IMG/VR virus record: IMGVR_UViG_3300008510_000002
Coordinates: 1 to 61,365 of that record
Length of the DNA stretch: 61,365 bases
Source of the DNA: a virus
Lineage: Duplodnaviria > Caudoviricetes
Direction: 5' to 3' (one strand)
The notes below the pieces were generated by a model. That model did not search any database. It was not told the origin of the DNA and worked only from the letters and a program-made list of their open reading frames with translations. Shown here piece after piece: positions 17,747 through 27,074 of this stretch. Both the position numbers and the translations under genes were made by a program. Within the stretch, counting starts at the first letter, position 1. Every line of letters begins with the position of its first letter.

Positions 17747-18695
17747 TTTCTCTCCTCATCTGTTCCGCAACCGCTTTCGCGTACTGCTCGGGGGTGAGGC
17801 CGAGCTTTCGTGCAAGGGCGACTTGGCTTTGCGTCAGCACAACTTTCTTGGCCGACGTTGCCCTGCTTGATGGCGCTACAACCGTAGCGGGTTTCTTGGC
17901 GGGCGCGGGCTCCGCCTCGAATCTGTCCGGGAAGACTTGGCGCATCCGTTTGTCGATGGTCGAGTAGTACTCGTCCGAACCGACCGCTGTGCCACCCTTG
18001 GCGAGCTTGTTGTGCAGGCCGAGCGCCAAGCTCGTCATCTCATCGTCTTCACCGAACCACGGGTTCTTCTGTCTCCAAGCGAGGTACTTGGGGTCAGGTT
18101 GCTGAACCGGTGCCGTAGGCGCAGCCTGTTGTGCCGACACGTTATCAGGTTCCGCCGCCTTTTGCAAGGGGGGCTTGAACGCTTTCACGCGCTGCTGGTT
18201 GAAGATCGCTTCGTTGAGCTTGGCTTGAGCTTCCACGAAGGCTTCGGTGTCCCCCGCCTCATGCGCGGTCTTGAGCGCGGCCTTGGCCTTCTCGACCTCG
18301 ACTTCCGCCAGTTTCTGCGCCTGGGAGATGAACCCCGTCTGCCCTTGGGTCAACTGATCCTTGAGCTTCTTGTTCTCTTCGACCAGCACCTGTGCGGCCC
18401 TGATGGCTTCATTGTGCTGCCGCTCCAGCGCTTCCTTGGCGCGTCGTTCGTCGTGACGGGCGTGGGTCAGTTCCTTGATGCGCGAACGCACCTTCTCGCT
18501 GTAGTCCTGAAGCTCGTCGTCAGTGGGGTCAGTGACTGGGCGATCAAGCGGTTTGCGGCCCTTGTCCTGCTCGGGGGTGTCATCCACCACCTCGATTTCC
18601 GTGCCGCTGTCGCCTTCGACCTCGAAGTCAACCTTCTCTTCCTTGGTGTTCACCGGGACTTCGTCCGGGAACTTGAACTCTTGTTTGTCAAGCAC
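17739..18695 (-). CDS. Capsid scaffolding protein
   Basis: Probable GTG start at 18695; acidic N-terminus, coiled coil, NPWFG, LTQSQVALARKLGL C-terminus. Confidence 0.7.
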   Translation of the reverse strand: MLDKQEFKFPDEVPVNTKEEKVDFEVEGDSGTEIEVVDDTPEQDKGRKPLDRPVTDPTDDELQDYSEKVRSRIKELTHARHDERRAKEALERQHNEAIRAAQVLVEENKKLKDQLTQGQTGFISQAQKLAEVEVEKAKAALKTAHEAGDTEAFVEAQAKLNEAIFNQQRVKAFKPPLQKAAEPDNVSAQQAAPTAPVQQPDPKYLAWRQKNPWFGEDDEMTSLALGLHNKLAKGGTAVGSDEYYSTIDKRMRQVFPDRFEAEPAPAKKPATVVAPSSRATSAKKVVLTQSQVALARKLGLTPEQYAKAVAEQMRRENA

Positions 18696-19086
18696 GTTGG
18701 ACCCCCCTCGGATCTTGGATGACAGCTTCGACGCTGTCATCGTTGATGATGCGGAACTCTCGCCCATGGATCTTGATCCTGGTGCCGGTATTCGGGCGAA
18801 CCAAGACGAAGTCGCCTTCCTTGCAGGAGGGGCCGGAGGGGAAGCGGATGGGGTCTTTGTAGCAGTCCGGGCCCAACTTGACCACGAACAGCACAGGCGA
18901 CAGCACCTCCTCGAAGTGCATGGTCTGGCCTGCCTTCAGAAGCCCACTCTCATAGGACTCTTCGGCCTCCGGCAGCATGCAGAGGATGTGGTACGTCTTC
19001 GGATCGGGCAGTTGTTTTGCCTTCTCTTCGGGCGTTTCAGGGAGGACCGACGTTGACACGCCGTCCGACAGGACAAGTTCACTCAT
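18688..19086 (-). CDS. GroES-like co-chaperonin
   Basis: SGLL mobile-loop-like segment, VVKLGP, KEGDFV, RIINDDSVEAVI resemble Cpn10. Confidence 0.8.
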   Translation of the reverse strand: MSELVLSDGVSTSVLPETPEEKAKQLPDPKTYHILCMLPEAEESYESGLLKAGQTMHFEEVLSPVLFVVKLGPDCYKDPIRFPSGPSCKEGDFVLVRPNTGTRIKIHGREFRIINDDSVEAVIQDPRGVQRA

Positions 19087-19282
19087 CTTCAGATTGCTCC
19101 ATAGCGGACTGTAAGTCTAGGATTTCACGCTCTGCGACAGCCAGTCCGTGTATCTGTCCGCAGAGATTCCGGTAGTCACCGAAATCCTTAGCGCCTCCAC
19201 CAGCTACGGTATCGGCGAGGTCATTCATACGCTCGCGCAACTTCTTGCGCAAGACTGAGAGAGGTTTGTTGTCTTCCATCAC
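19079..19282 (-). CDS. Small hypothetical protein
   Basis: 67 aa overlapping the portal gene end; YRNLCGQIHGL. Confidence 0.8.
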   Translation of the reverse strand: MMEDNKPLSVLRKKLRERMNDLADTVAGGGAKDFGDYRNLCGQIHGLAVAEREILDLQSAMEQSEDE

Positions 19283-21759
19283 TGTGCCCCAGGCTTAGGT
19301 TGAGCGCGTTGCGCGGCCTTCAGGGCTGCCGACTGCGCCTGCTGTCGAAGCTTCTGCTGGTGCGCCTGCTCCTTGTGCGTCAACTCTTGCTGCGCCAACG
19401 CGGCCTTCAGCCGGGGGTCTTCCCCACCCTTGCTGGCGTCGATGAGAGTCTTGACCCTGTCAAGCTCCAGACGAGCCTTCCCAAGCTCGAAGTCGTACTG
19501 GTCGTTCTGCGCCTTGCGCTGGCTGTCGCGCTCCTTGAGCGCAAGCTCGGCCTGCTTGAGTTGGATCTCCGGGTTCTGCGCCTGGGCCTGGGCTTGCTGC
19601 TGTGCGGCCTGGGCTTGGTTCTGCATCATCGTGCGCTGCGCCGCAGCGGCCACCAGCGGGGCCAGGGCCTTCTCATCGGTCGGATGGATCGGCACATCGT
19701 CGTCCTCGTCCAGGGCGGGCAGGGGCACGCCCAAGTTCATCTCCACCTGAGCCCGGTACGCGAACGCCGTGTGCTCCGCGATGTGCGCCATGAGGGCAGC
19801 CATCATCTGCTGCGCGGCGGGGTTCTGGCCCACTGCAGCGGCGACCCTCGGGTCCTGCATGAACGACTGGTGCGCGGCGATGTGCGCCTCGTGGTCCTGG
19901 TACGCGAACGCCTTGAGCGGGCGCATGCGCAGCACATCCATGTTCTCCGTGATCGGATCGGTCGGCTTGCGGTCCTCGGGTAGCTCGATGATCTTGTCCG
20001 CGTTCTTGATGCCCAGCACCTCCAGCATCTGGCGGTGGAGCCGGGGGATGTTGTACACCTGGGGCGCAGACTGCGACATCTGGAACGCCGCTTGGTACTG
20101 CACCAGCCGCTGGCTCATCGTGGCCGCGTTGGGATCCGACACCGGGATGATCTCGGTGTAGCGGTAGTCGCTGCGCTTGGCGCGGGCGCCCTCCGGCGCC
20201 TCGGCCTCGTAGCTGTAGTCCTCGTCGGTGTAGTCCCTGATGATCGCGGCCAGGAGCTTCAACTCCTGCTTCATGGCGAAGTGCATGCGAGCCTGGACAG
20301 CCGACATGATCTTCAACTGCCGCTCCAGCAACGCGAGCGTCGTACCCACCGGGGCCTGGGCACTCATGTCGCTGATCTTCATGTCCGCCGTGGCGGCGAA
20401 CCGACGCGCCTCTTCCACGATGCCGTTGAGCAGGGCCAGCAGCGTCTGGCTGGGCTCCTTGTACGGCAGGGGCATGATGTTGTCACGCACCGTGCCCGAG
20501 GGCACATCCACATCCCTGAACTCGCCCGGGGCGATGGGAGTGTCGTCGCCCTTGATCCGCAGGCCACGGGCCTTCAGGCCCCCAGGGAGGTTGCTCAGCG
20601 TGCCCGCATCGACCAACTGCCGGGTCAGGGACGTAGCGCTCTTGGCCGCGCCACCGATGAGGTGGATCAGGCCGAACCCGTAGCTGCCGAAGCCGGGGAC
20701 GTACTGGTAGTGCACGAAGTGCTGACGCGCCTGCCGCGTCTGATCGTCCTCCAGATAGTTCCTACGGATGGACAGAACCTCTTGAGTGTCCTTGAGAATG
20801 GTAACGACGTAAGGCAGGGCAATCCCCGTGGGCTTACCATCGTCCTCATCTTCAAACCCCGGGAGGTCAATCTCCGCATGGATCTCAAGGATCTGATACC
20901 GGTCGTCGTAGGACGCAGAGAACCCCGTCTCGTTGTCCTTGCTTTTCTGGATGTCAGAGATGTCCTTGGACGGCTCATTGAGCGACAGTTCACGGTAAAA
21001 ACCTGCTGCCTGCAGCTTGACGATCTCGTTCTTGGTCTTCCGCATCCGGTGGGTGATGCGTGGGCAGGACGAAAGCTCCGTGGCCCCGTAGGGCAGAATG
21101 ACATCCTCAGCCGGGACGAACGTCGAGATCTGCCGCTGCAGGTTCGGGTCGAAGTACACCTTCTTGAACGCAGAGCCGGCGATGGGCAGGTTCCACAGAA
21201 GCTTCTCGTGCTCCGGGCGGTACTCGGTCATGACCTCCGTCAACTGGTAGTTCATGTCATCCTTGACACGCGCCGCTGCGTCTTCCTTCTCTCGGGTCTT
21301 CTTCCCGATGATGTTGGTCTTCACCGGCCCCTGTGCTGGGAACATCTCGGTGATGGACTCGCTCTGGAACCGCACGACAGCTTCGGTCAGGATGGGCGAG
21401 AACACCCCACAGGCACCGGACCACGGCTCGGTGCGCTCTTCGGCCTTCAGGCCCAGCAGCTTCAGCCCTTCGGAGTAGGTGCTCTCCCAGTCCTTGCGGC
21501 TCTGGATGTCCTCGTCCACATCGCTGATCAACTGGCTGGCGAGCGACTGCAGGGCGCCCTCATCCATGAACTCCGCGAGGTTCGCATCGAAGTCCTCCGG
21601 GCCTTCGGCACCGGGCTCAAGGACGACCTCCAAGCCGTCGATGCCGACCGTGACGGAGTCAGGGTTCTCGATCTCGATCTCGATGGCGGGCTCGGTGGGG
21701 GCTGCAAGGCCCATGGGCGTGGGGGTGGTGTACAGCGCTTTGTCGATGTTGGTCGCCAT
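19279..21759 (-). CDS. Portal protein (P22-like, with Gln-rich C-terminal coiled coil)
   Basis: 826 aa directly after terminase; SRKDW, GSAFKKVY, YGFGL, PGEFRDVD motifs. Confidence 0.85.
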   Translation of the reverse strand: MATNIDKALYTTPTPMGLAAPTEPAIEIEIENPDSVTVGIDGLEVVLEPGAEGPEDFDANLAEFMDEGALQSLASQLISDVDEDIQSRKDWESTYSEGLKLLGLKAEERTEPWSGACGVFSPILTEAVVRFQSESITEMFPAQGPVKTNIIGKKTREKEDAAARVKDDMNYQLTEVMTEYRPEHEKLLWNLPIAGSAFKKVYFDPNLQRQISTFVPAEDVILPYGATELSSCPRITHRMRKTKNEIVKLQAAGFYRELSLNEPSKDISDIQKSKDNETGFSASYDDRYQILEIHAEIDLPGFEDEDDGKPTGIALPYVVTILKDTQEVLSIRRNYLEDDQTRQARQHFVHYQYVPGFGSYGFGLIHLIGGAAKSATSLTRQLVDAGTLSNLPGGLKARGLRIKGDDTPIAPGEFRDVDVPSGTVRDNIMPLPYKEPSQTLLALLNGIVEEARRFAATADMKISDMSAQAPVGTTLALLERQLKIMSAVQARMHFAMKQELKLLAAIIRDYTDEDYSYEAEAPEGARAKRSDYRYTEIIPVSDPNAATMSQRLVQYQAAFQMSQSAPQVYNIPRLHRQMLEVLGIKNADKIIELPEDRKPTDPITENMDVLRMRPLKAFAYQDHEAHIAAHQSFMQDPRVAAAVGQNPAAQQMMAALMAHIAEHTAFAYRAQVEMNLGVPLPALDEDDDVPIHPTDEKALAPLVAAAAQRTMMQNQAQAAQQQAQAQAQNPEIQLKQAELALKERDSQRKAQNDQYDFELGKARLELDRVKTLIDASKGGEDPRLKAALAQQELTHKEQAHQQKLRQQAQSAALKAAQRAQPKPGAQ

Positions 21760-21782
21760 GGGGGCTCCAAAGAATTTAAGGG

Positions 21783-23315
21783 TCAGTAGTACGCCGCACG
21801 CCGTGCAGCGGTGGGAGTGTAGTCGCGGTAGTCACTTGGCAGGCCGATGAATCCGCCTTGGCGGAAGCGGGCGAGGGCTATGCCTAAACAATCCACCTGG
21901 TCGTCGTGCGATCCAAACGGAAACGCAACAGTCTCTTCAATCACATCCTCGGCCCACCTACGGCCCTCGGGGTACCACACCATGCCTGAACGGATGATGT
22001 CGGCCACAGCGTTGATACGGGCCACCTTGTCCCCGGTGCCCCTGTGGGGCGTGAACTCCTGCACGGGGATCCCCAAGCGACGCAGTTCCTGGTACAGCGG
22101 CGTGCCGCTGGATTTCTTCTCAACGATGAACGCGTCGGGCTCCCAATCCCGCCACTCACGTATGGCAAGATCCTTCAATTCAGGGAACTCCACTCGTACC
22201 TTGATGGCGTTCAGCAGGATGATGTGCGGCTCGCCCTTGGTCAGCTCATCGTCGGAGAAGACTCCGAATGTCAGGAGTGCGGTGTAGTCAGCACGGTTGT
22301 TCTTCTCTGCCGCAGCGTCCAGCGCCATGATGACGTACTCGCACTGGGGTGCAGATTCGCGTTTCCACGGCTTCCACCAGTCCCGCTGGATGATTGCACC
22401 CTGCTCCCCCGTGGGGTTCTGCATGAACTGGGCGTTCCACTGGTAGGCAGGCATCGACGCCTTGGTCCGCTCCAGGGCGTCCAGGTCAAACTTCTCGGGC
22501 CAGAGCGCCTTGAGCCCGCTGGAGGTCTCCAGCATGGCGGGGAACTCGAAGACTTCGTACTGGTCGGCCTTGGGGTTGTTGGCACCGTCCTTGATGAGAT
22601 GCCCAATGAGGTCATCCTGGTGCCAGCGGGTGTGAATGACTGCTATCCTGCCGCCAGACATGAGGCGAGTACGTGCGCCGAACGTGAACCATTGGTAGGC
22701 TTTCTCAAGTTCCTCGAAATTACCCGCCAAAAGGTCTTGTTCTGAGTGCGGATCGTCAACCAAGAGTAAGTCAGCACCCCGTCCAGCCAGAGCAGCGCCG
22801 ACGCCGCAGGCATAATACTCGCCCCCACGGTTGGTGGACCACCTTCCGGCGGATTTTGAATCCTGAGCGAGGCTGATTCCAGGAAAAATGGACGTATATT
22901 TGGGGTCAGCGATGATATTTCGCACCTTCCGACCAAAATCCACGGCCAAATCGCCCGTGTGGGACACCATCAGCACCTTTTTATCGGGGAATTTGCCCAA
23001 AAACCACGCTGGAAAGAGGGTGGAGACTAGGTGTGACTTACCGTGCCGGGGTGGAATGGACACTGCGATGCGATCTTTGTGCCCGTAAGCGATCTGTGTC
23101 AGCAGTTCCGCCAGTTTTTTATGGTGGGTAGCGACGATGTAGCTGGGATCCATATGCTGGCAGAAGGCCAGCAGGTCATCTCGGCACGCTTTGGCGTGTT
23201 TTCGCCGCTCCAACTCCTCCACAACGGCCATCAACTGCTCCTGCTCGGCAGGGGTCAGCTTCCCGATGTTCGCCATCAGGGCCTGGACCTCGACAGCGGT
23301 GAGGGTTGTGCTCAC
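21783..23315 (-). CDS. terL: Terminase large subunit
   Basis: Walker A PPRHGKS, Walker B LLVDDP, TRWH, QFMQNP, nuclease LDAA and HDDQVD. Confidence 0.95.
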   Translation of the reverse strand: MSTTLTAVEVQALMANIGKLTPAEQEQLMAVVEELERRKHAKACRDDLLAFCQHMDPSYIVATHHKKLAELLTQIAYGHKDRIAVSIPPRHGKSHLVSTLFPAWFLGKFPDKKVLMVSHTGDLAVDFGRKVRNIIADPKYTSIFPGISLAQDSKSAGRWSTNRGGEYYACGVGAALAGRGADLLLVDDPHSEQDLLAGNFEELEKAYQWFTFGARTRLMSGGRIAVIHTRWHQDDLIGHLIKDGANNPKADQYEVFEFPAMLETSSGLKALWPEKFDLDALERTKASMPAYQWNAQFMQNPTGEQGAIIQRDWWKPWKRESAPQCEYVIMALDAAAEKNNRADYTALLTFGVFSDDELTKGEPHIILLNAIKVRVEFPELKDLAIREWRDWEPDAFIVEKKSSGTPLYQELRRLGIPVQEFTPHRGTGDKVARINAVADIIRSGMVWYPEGRRWAEDVIEETVAFPFGSHDDQVDCLGIALARFRQGGFIGLPSDYRDYTPTAARRAAYY

Positions 23316-23914
23316 TCCAGCCCTTCCAGGGCGGTGTCAACGTCGATGGGGGCACTGGCCGTGACCGGCGGAGCCAGGATCACGGCCTCTTCGGCGGTGT
23401 CTGTGCCCATCAGGCGGCGCAGCTTGTCCCGCAGGGTGTTCTCAAGCTCGACCGTGGAGCGGTTGTTGACGGTGATCTCGGTGCGTTCGGTGAACAGCCC
23501 AACGTCGGAGACCTTCCCAAGCAGTTCCAGGGCCCGCATGCGCGTCTTGGCGTCGGGGTTGTCGGTCTCCAGGATCAGCCGATTGGTGACGTAGTTGCGC
23601 AGCCGCTTGGCGTCGCGCACCACTTCCATGTCGTACTGCGTCAGCAGGCGGTCGATGTAGAGGGCACCCTCTGGGGTAGCCATGATCTGCGTGGGAGACG
23701 CTTGGCCTGCGTTGATGTGCTTGAGCACGCTGGTCGCTTGGGCCCGCAGGGTCTCCGGCTCAGGGGGTTCGTACTCGTAGCCCTCGTCAAGCAGGACAGA
23801 GGCAGTGTTGCACGCAGCTTGCGCCTTGGCCCGCAGGGCGGCGTACTCGACGGTGTTCAGAGCTTTGGCACCGGTCGGTAGAGGGACAAAGTCGTCAAGC
23901 TGAGCTTCGATCAT
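23312..23914 (-). CDS. Putative terminase small subunit
   Basis: Directly upstream of and overlapping terL; RALELLGK...GLFTER motif. Confidence 0.6.
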   Translation of the reverse strand: MIEAQLDDFVPLPTGAKALNTVEYAALRAKAQAACNTASVLLDEGYEYEPPEPETLRAQATSVLKHINAGQASPTQIMATPEGALYIDRLLTQYDMEVVRDAKRLRNYVTNRLILETDNPDAKTRMRALELLGKVSDVGLFTERTEITVNNRSTVELENTLRDKLRRLMGTDTAEEAVILAPPVTASAPIDVDTALEGLE

Positions 23915-24256
23915 GATGGTGGCTTCCCGCGCCGCACCTTGGCGTGGCCTGATCGTACCCCACTACGGAGTCCCGCGTCAACGCCGGTTCTTTGGGTCCC
24001 ATTAAGGGGGTGGGTTCTCTGGGTCCCCTTTGGGGGTGGGTGCGCTATTTGGAGGGGGGATGCTTAGGCCCACTTTTATTTGGAGTGGGCTTAGGGATTT
24101 AGTACTAATAGCGGATTGGGGGTGTTCAACGGAAGTGGTCGTCGTTTGTCTGGAATACAGCGTAGCGAGCGGCGCGGGACTCCAAACGCTACGCGGGGGG
24201 TGGGGCTAGGGTGGGGGAGATTACCGGTAAACACACTCGCGGGAATCTGTAAGAGT

Positions 24257-24270
24257 GCTATAGTGCAACT
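24257..24270 (+). promoter_or_regulatory. Possible extended -10 early promoter (approximate coordinates)
   Basis: TGCTATAGT (TGn-TATAGT) upstream of the first plus-strand gene. Confidence 0.4.
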
Positions 24271-24332
24271 CATGGCGACGTCGTTGCCGTCGGGCCTAGA
24301 CGCACTAGGGGTAGCCACTAAAGGGGAACACC

Positions 24333-24896
24333 ATGGCTACACGTAAGATCGAGACCCCGGAGAGTCTCATTGCCGCGGCTATTGCCGCGGCACAAGCGGC
24401 AATTGCCGCTACCACCCGCGCGCGCGGGTTCTCCAAGACCTTTTGCGCGAAGGTACTCACTCTCGGCGCGCTCGGCGCCGCAGATGCCGCGCAAGCGGCC
24501 GAGACCCTTGCCAAGGGGCTAGAAGCCCTTGGCACGGGCGGGAAGGGGTACGCTTCGAATGCGAAGCGTATCCTCTCGGCAGGGCAGGTTGCCTGTCAAA
24601 AGGCGCTTGACTTCTGCACTGACCCCGCCAACGGCGGGTTCATGGCCCCGGGGAATTTGTTTAAGAAATTCCCCGATGATTTTCCGGCACTGTCCGACTC
24701 CGGTCGGACAAAGAAAACCACGGCCGGGGCCGTGGCGGAGGGAGTTGATCTCGGTCAACCTTCGGGTTGGCTGATTGCACTTGAGACCATCCGGGCGCGG
24801 GTTCCGGGCCGGAAAGACTGGCCATCCGGGGACATCATCGCGATGCAAGAATCGGCATCAGTGATGCTGGCGCTAATCAAGCGCAACAAGACCTAA
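24333..24896 (+). CDS. Hypothetical early protein
   Basis: 187 aa; AAGGGG RBS; followed by hairpin. Confidence 0.8.
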   Translation: MATRKIETPESLIAAAIAAAQAAIAATTRARGFSKTFCAKVLTLGALGAADAAQAAETLAKGLEALGTGGKGYASNAKRILSAGQVACQKALDFCTDPANGGFMAPGNLFKKFPDDFPALSDSGRTKKTTAGAVAEGVDLGQPSGWLIALETIRARVPGRKDWPSGDIIAMQESASVMLALIKRNKT

Positions 24897-24944
24897 CCAA
24901 CCTGCCCCCCGAAAGGGGGGCATTCAACCCGAAAGAGGAACACC

Positions 24945-25280
24945 ATGAACGTCAACATCCGCGCTGCCCTCGCCCTTGAGGCTTCGTGCCTCAAGACCCT
25001 CCGGGCCACGGAGGCATGGGATCCCGTGCCCCTTCTTAGGGGCATTGCTCGCGAAGTGACCCTCGCGGAGGACTTCGCGGGCGACTACAAGGATGCGATC
25101 GCGTCCTTGTCGGCACAGTTGGCCGACAAGATTTGGGGATACGAAGTCTTCGCGCGGACTTCGGCTGAACGTCGGGCGTATGCTCGGGTAAAGGAAGAGG
25201 CTTCCCGTAGGGGTCTCTTCAATGGGCACGATTGCCCGAGAGCCACATCGACAGCGTGGCAAGCATTGTTTGGGGGCTAA
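24945..25280 (+). CDS. Hypothetical early protein
   Basis: 111 aa; GAGGA RBS; followed by terminators. Confidence 0.75.
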   Translation: MNVNIRAALALEASCLKTLRATEAWDPVPLLRGIAREVTLAEDFAGDYKDAIASLSAQLADKIWGYEVFARTSAERRAYARVKEEASRRGLFNGHDCPRATSTAWQALFGG

Positions 25281-25302
25281 GCCCTCGAACGAAGCCCTAA
25301 CC

Positions 25303-25364
25303 AGCCCCGGCGAGTGCCGGGGCTTTTTTATTGCCCCCAGGGTTCGCGCCCTGGGGGCTTTTTT
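25303..25364 (+). terminator. Tandem intrinsic terminators
   Basis: AGCCCCGGC..GCCGGGGCT with T-tract, then GCCCCCAGGG..CCCTGGGGGC with T6. Confidence 0.88.
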
Positions 25365-25390
25365 GTGCCCGTTGGGACCGGGTGTCAGAA

Positions 25391-25460
25391 GCACGCAAGC
25401 GGCACGCGGGCACGCGGGCACGCGGGCACGCAAGCACGGCGCCCAATGGCGGCACGCAAG
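25391..25460. repeat. GCACGC(GG/AA) 8-bp tandem repeats
   Basis: GCACGCGG x3 from 25402, plus GCACGCAA at 25391, 25426 and 25452. Confidence 0.85.
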
Positions 25461-25644
25461 CACACGCAGGCTGCGCCCACACGGCCCGTCGCGGCACCAG
25501 ACGCTACGTTTACCAGTAAACACCGCCACCGGGCGGGCATTGCCCAGGGCGGACACCCGGTCCCCCACAGCACGCGAGCACGGCGCAGAGGCGGGGCGGC
25601 TCGATTTACTAGTAAATGCAGGGGCGAAAGCGGCCCGAGAGCAT

Positions 25645-25970
25645 TGTTCCTGATGTTCTGCGATGTTCCGGCGGAAGCGAGCACGCAAGTGCTTGATTTG
25701 GAAAGCGAAGTTCGTTTTGTTCGGATGTTCTATTATTTTTGAAAAAATGAAAAGGTAAGTAGGTAGGGGAAACTCTACTTTTACTTCACTCAAGCAGGAA
25801 ACCCTATAGGGGGATTAGGCACCTTGTCGATAATGACAGCGGTTTTCCGCCGCCAACCTTTTCATTCTTTTCCAAAAATACAGAACTTCCGGAACAGACC
25901 CCAAATTCCCTAGTCCTATCAACCACTTAGCCGTTCGACGCCGACCGAACATCGCCGAACATTCGGAACA
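25645..25970. other. Symmetric origin-like element
   Basis: 26-bp inverted repeats (25645-25670, 25945-25970), inverted IHF consensus sites (25686-25698, 25917-25929), AT-rich core, central CCCTATAGGG. Confidence 0.6.
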
Positions 25971-26103
25971 CAAGGACTTAGCAACCCCCCTGTCCACAAA
26001 GTCTGACCCGTCCCGCACCCAAAGCCCCCACCACCTGCTCAGGTACCCGCCGCTAGAGCCCCAAAGTCTACTACACTGCACATCACCTAACCCTGGAGCC
26101 CCC

Positions 26104-27048
26104 ATGAAACCTCTCGACATCGACTCAGTTCTTCAGCTCGTCACCCTGCGCGAAGACGGGCGCTGGCTCTTCAGCCAAGCTGCCCCTGAACGCCTGCGCG
26201 GCCTGCCCGTACCCAGCGCCGCAAACCCTCAAGGTACAGTGGTCTACTTCTTTCACGGCACCTATTACGCCGTTGGAGACCACTACGACCCCCTGCTCAA
26301 AGCCTACGCCGCCTTGGCCCCCGAAGCCCGCCAAGGGATCGGCAGTCTGGACCCTGGGGCGGTCGGCAGTGCCCACAGCACTATAAACATCGTGGACAAG
26401 TTGTCCCCTCTGGACACTTGGACTGCCTTTCGAGACCGTGCCATGCAGAACGCCGTCCGCCGCCTGATGAAGCGCACAGGTGCTGAGCAGTTCCAGGTGA
26501 TCCCTGCCGTAGCTAGCCTCTTCGACGTAGCCCCCCGGGTTGTGAAGAAGGCCATGGGCGGCCTGATCCACGAAGGGGGCTCAGAGCCGGACCACAAGAA
26601 AGACCACCGCTGGCGCTCAGTGGTTGCCGAAGCCCACCGCTCCAAGAGCAGTGCCTATGGCCGGGACACCATCAGAGCAGCCGGAACTGCTCCCCGCTAC
26701 GGCAGGTTCAGTGCTGAAGACCTGCTTATCAAACACCGTGGCGAACTGCTGTTCCCCGAGCGCTGCCCCGTGCTGGGCCTGCCGCTGATCTATGACAGAC
26801 ATAGTTACCCGAAAGACCTCCGGCTGATCTCCATAGCCCGAAGGGATCCCACCAAGCCCATGGCACCGGACAACGTGCATTTGGTGTCGCGCCGTGCCTA
26901 TAAACTCCTTGAGACCCGTTCCAAGCCGGAGACCCCCGAGGAGGCGGACGCTGTACAGCGTTGGCGAGCGGGGCTGTCGCCGGTGCCTAACGGCACCCTA
27001 ACACCAGTGCCTAACGGCACGACACTGGACGCTAAAGACTTGACATAA
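26104..27048 (+). CDS. Hypothetical protein with degenerate HNH-like endonuclease domain
   Basis: GGAG RBS; C-terminal CPVLGLPL...SIARRDPTKP...NVHLVS resembles CPxLG...SLDRID..KGY..GNV..IS. Confidence 0.65.
   Translation: MKPLDIDSVLQLVTLREDGRWLFSQAAPERLRGLPVPSAANPQGTVVYFFHGTYYAVGDHYDPLLKAYAALAPEARQGIGSLDPGAVGSAHSTINIVDKLSPLDTWTAFRDRAMQNAVRRLMKRTGAEQFQVIPAVASLFDVAPRVVKKAMGGLIHEGGSEPDHKKDHRWRSVVAEAHRSKSSAYGRDTIRAAGTAPRYGRFSAEDLLIKHRGELLFPERCPVLGLPLIYDRHSYPKDLRLISIARRDPTKPMAPDNVHLVSRRAYKLLETRSKPETPEEADAVQRWRAGLSPVPNGTLTPVPNGTTLDAKDLT
26983..27020. repeat. Two GTGCC-TAAC-GGCAC hyphenated palindromes, 24 bp apart
   Basis: Copies at 26983-26996 and 27007-27020, just upstream of the -35 box at 27040. 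Confidence 0.8.
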
Positions 27049-27068
27049 GGGTCTGTTTGTGTTACAAT
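27040..27068 (+). promoter_or_regulatory. Strong sigma70-type promoter
   Basis: TTGACA-17 nt-TACAAT with TG extension. Confidence 0.85.
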
Positions 27069-27074
27069 ATATGT

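Noticed and set aside
20035-21789. Long plus-strand ORF (584 aa) and similar antisense ORFs (8548-9948, 46093-47613, 55168-56775, 32322-33605)
   Set aside because: Shadows of GC-rich genes on the opposite strand; no motifs or RBS recognised
24924-25793. 289-aa minus-strand ORF and overlapping ORFs over the repeat region
   Set aside because: Translates terminators and tandem repeats; low-complexity product; better explained as non-coding cis elements
25802-25811. Protelomerase (hairpin telomere) site
   Set aside because: The perfect palindrome is only 10 bp and no protelomerase gene was recognised
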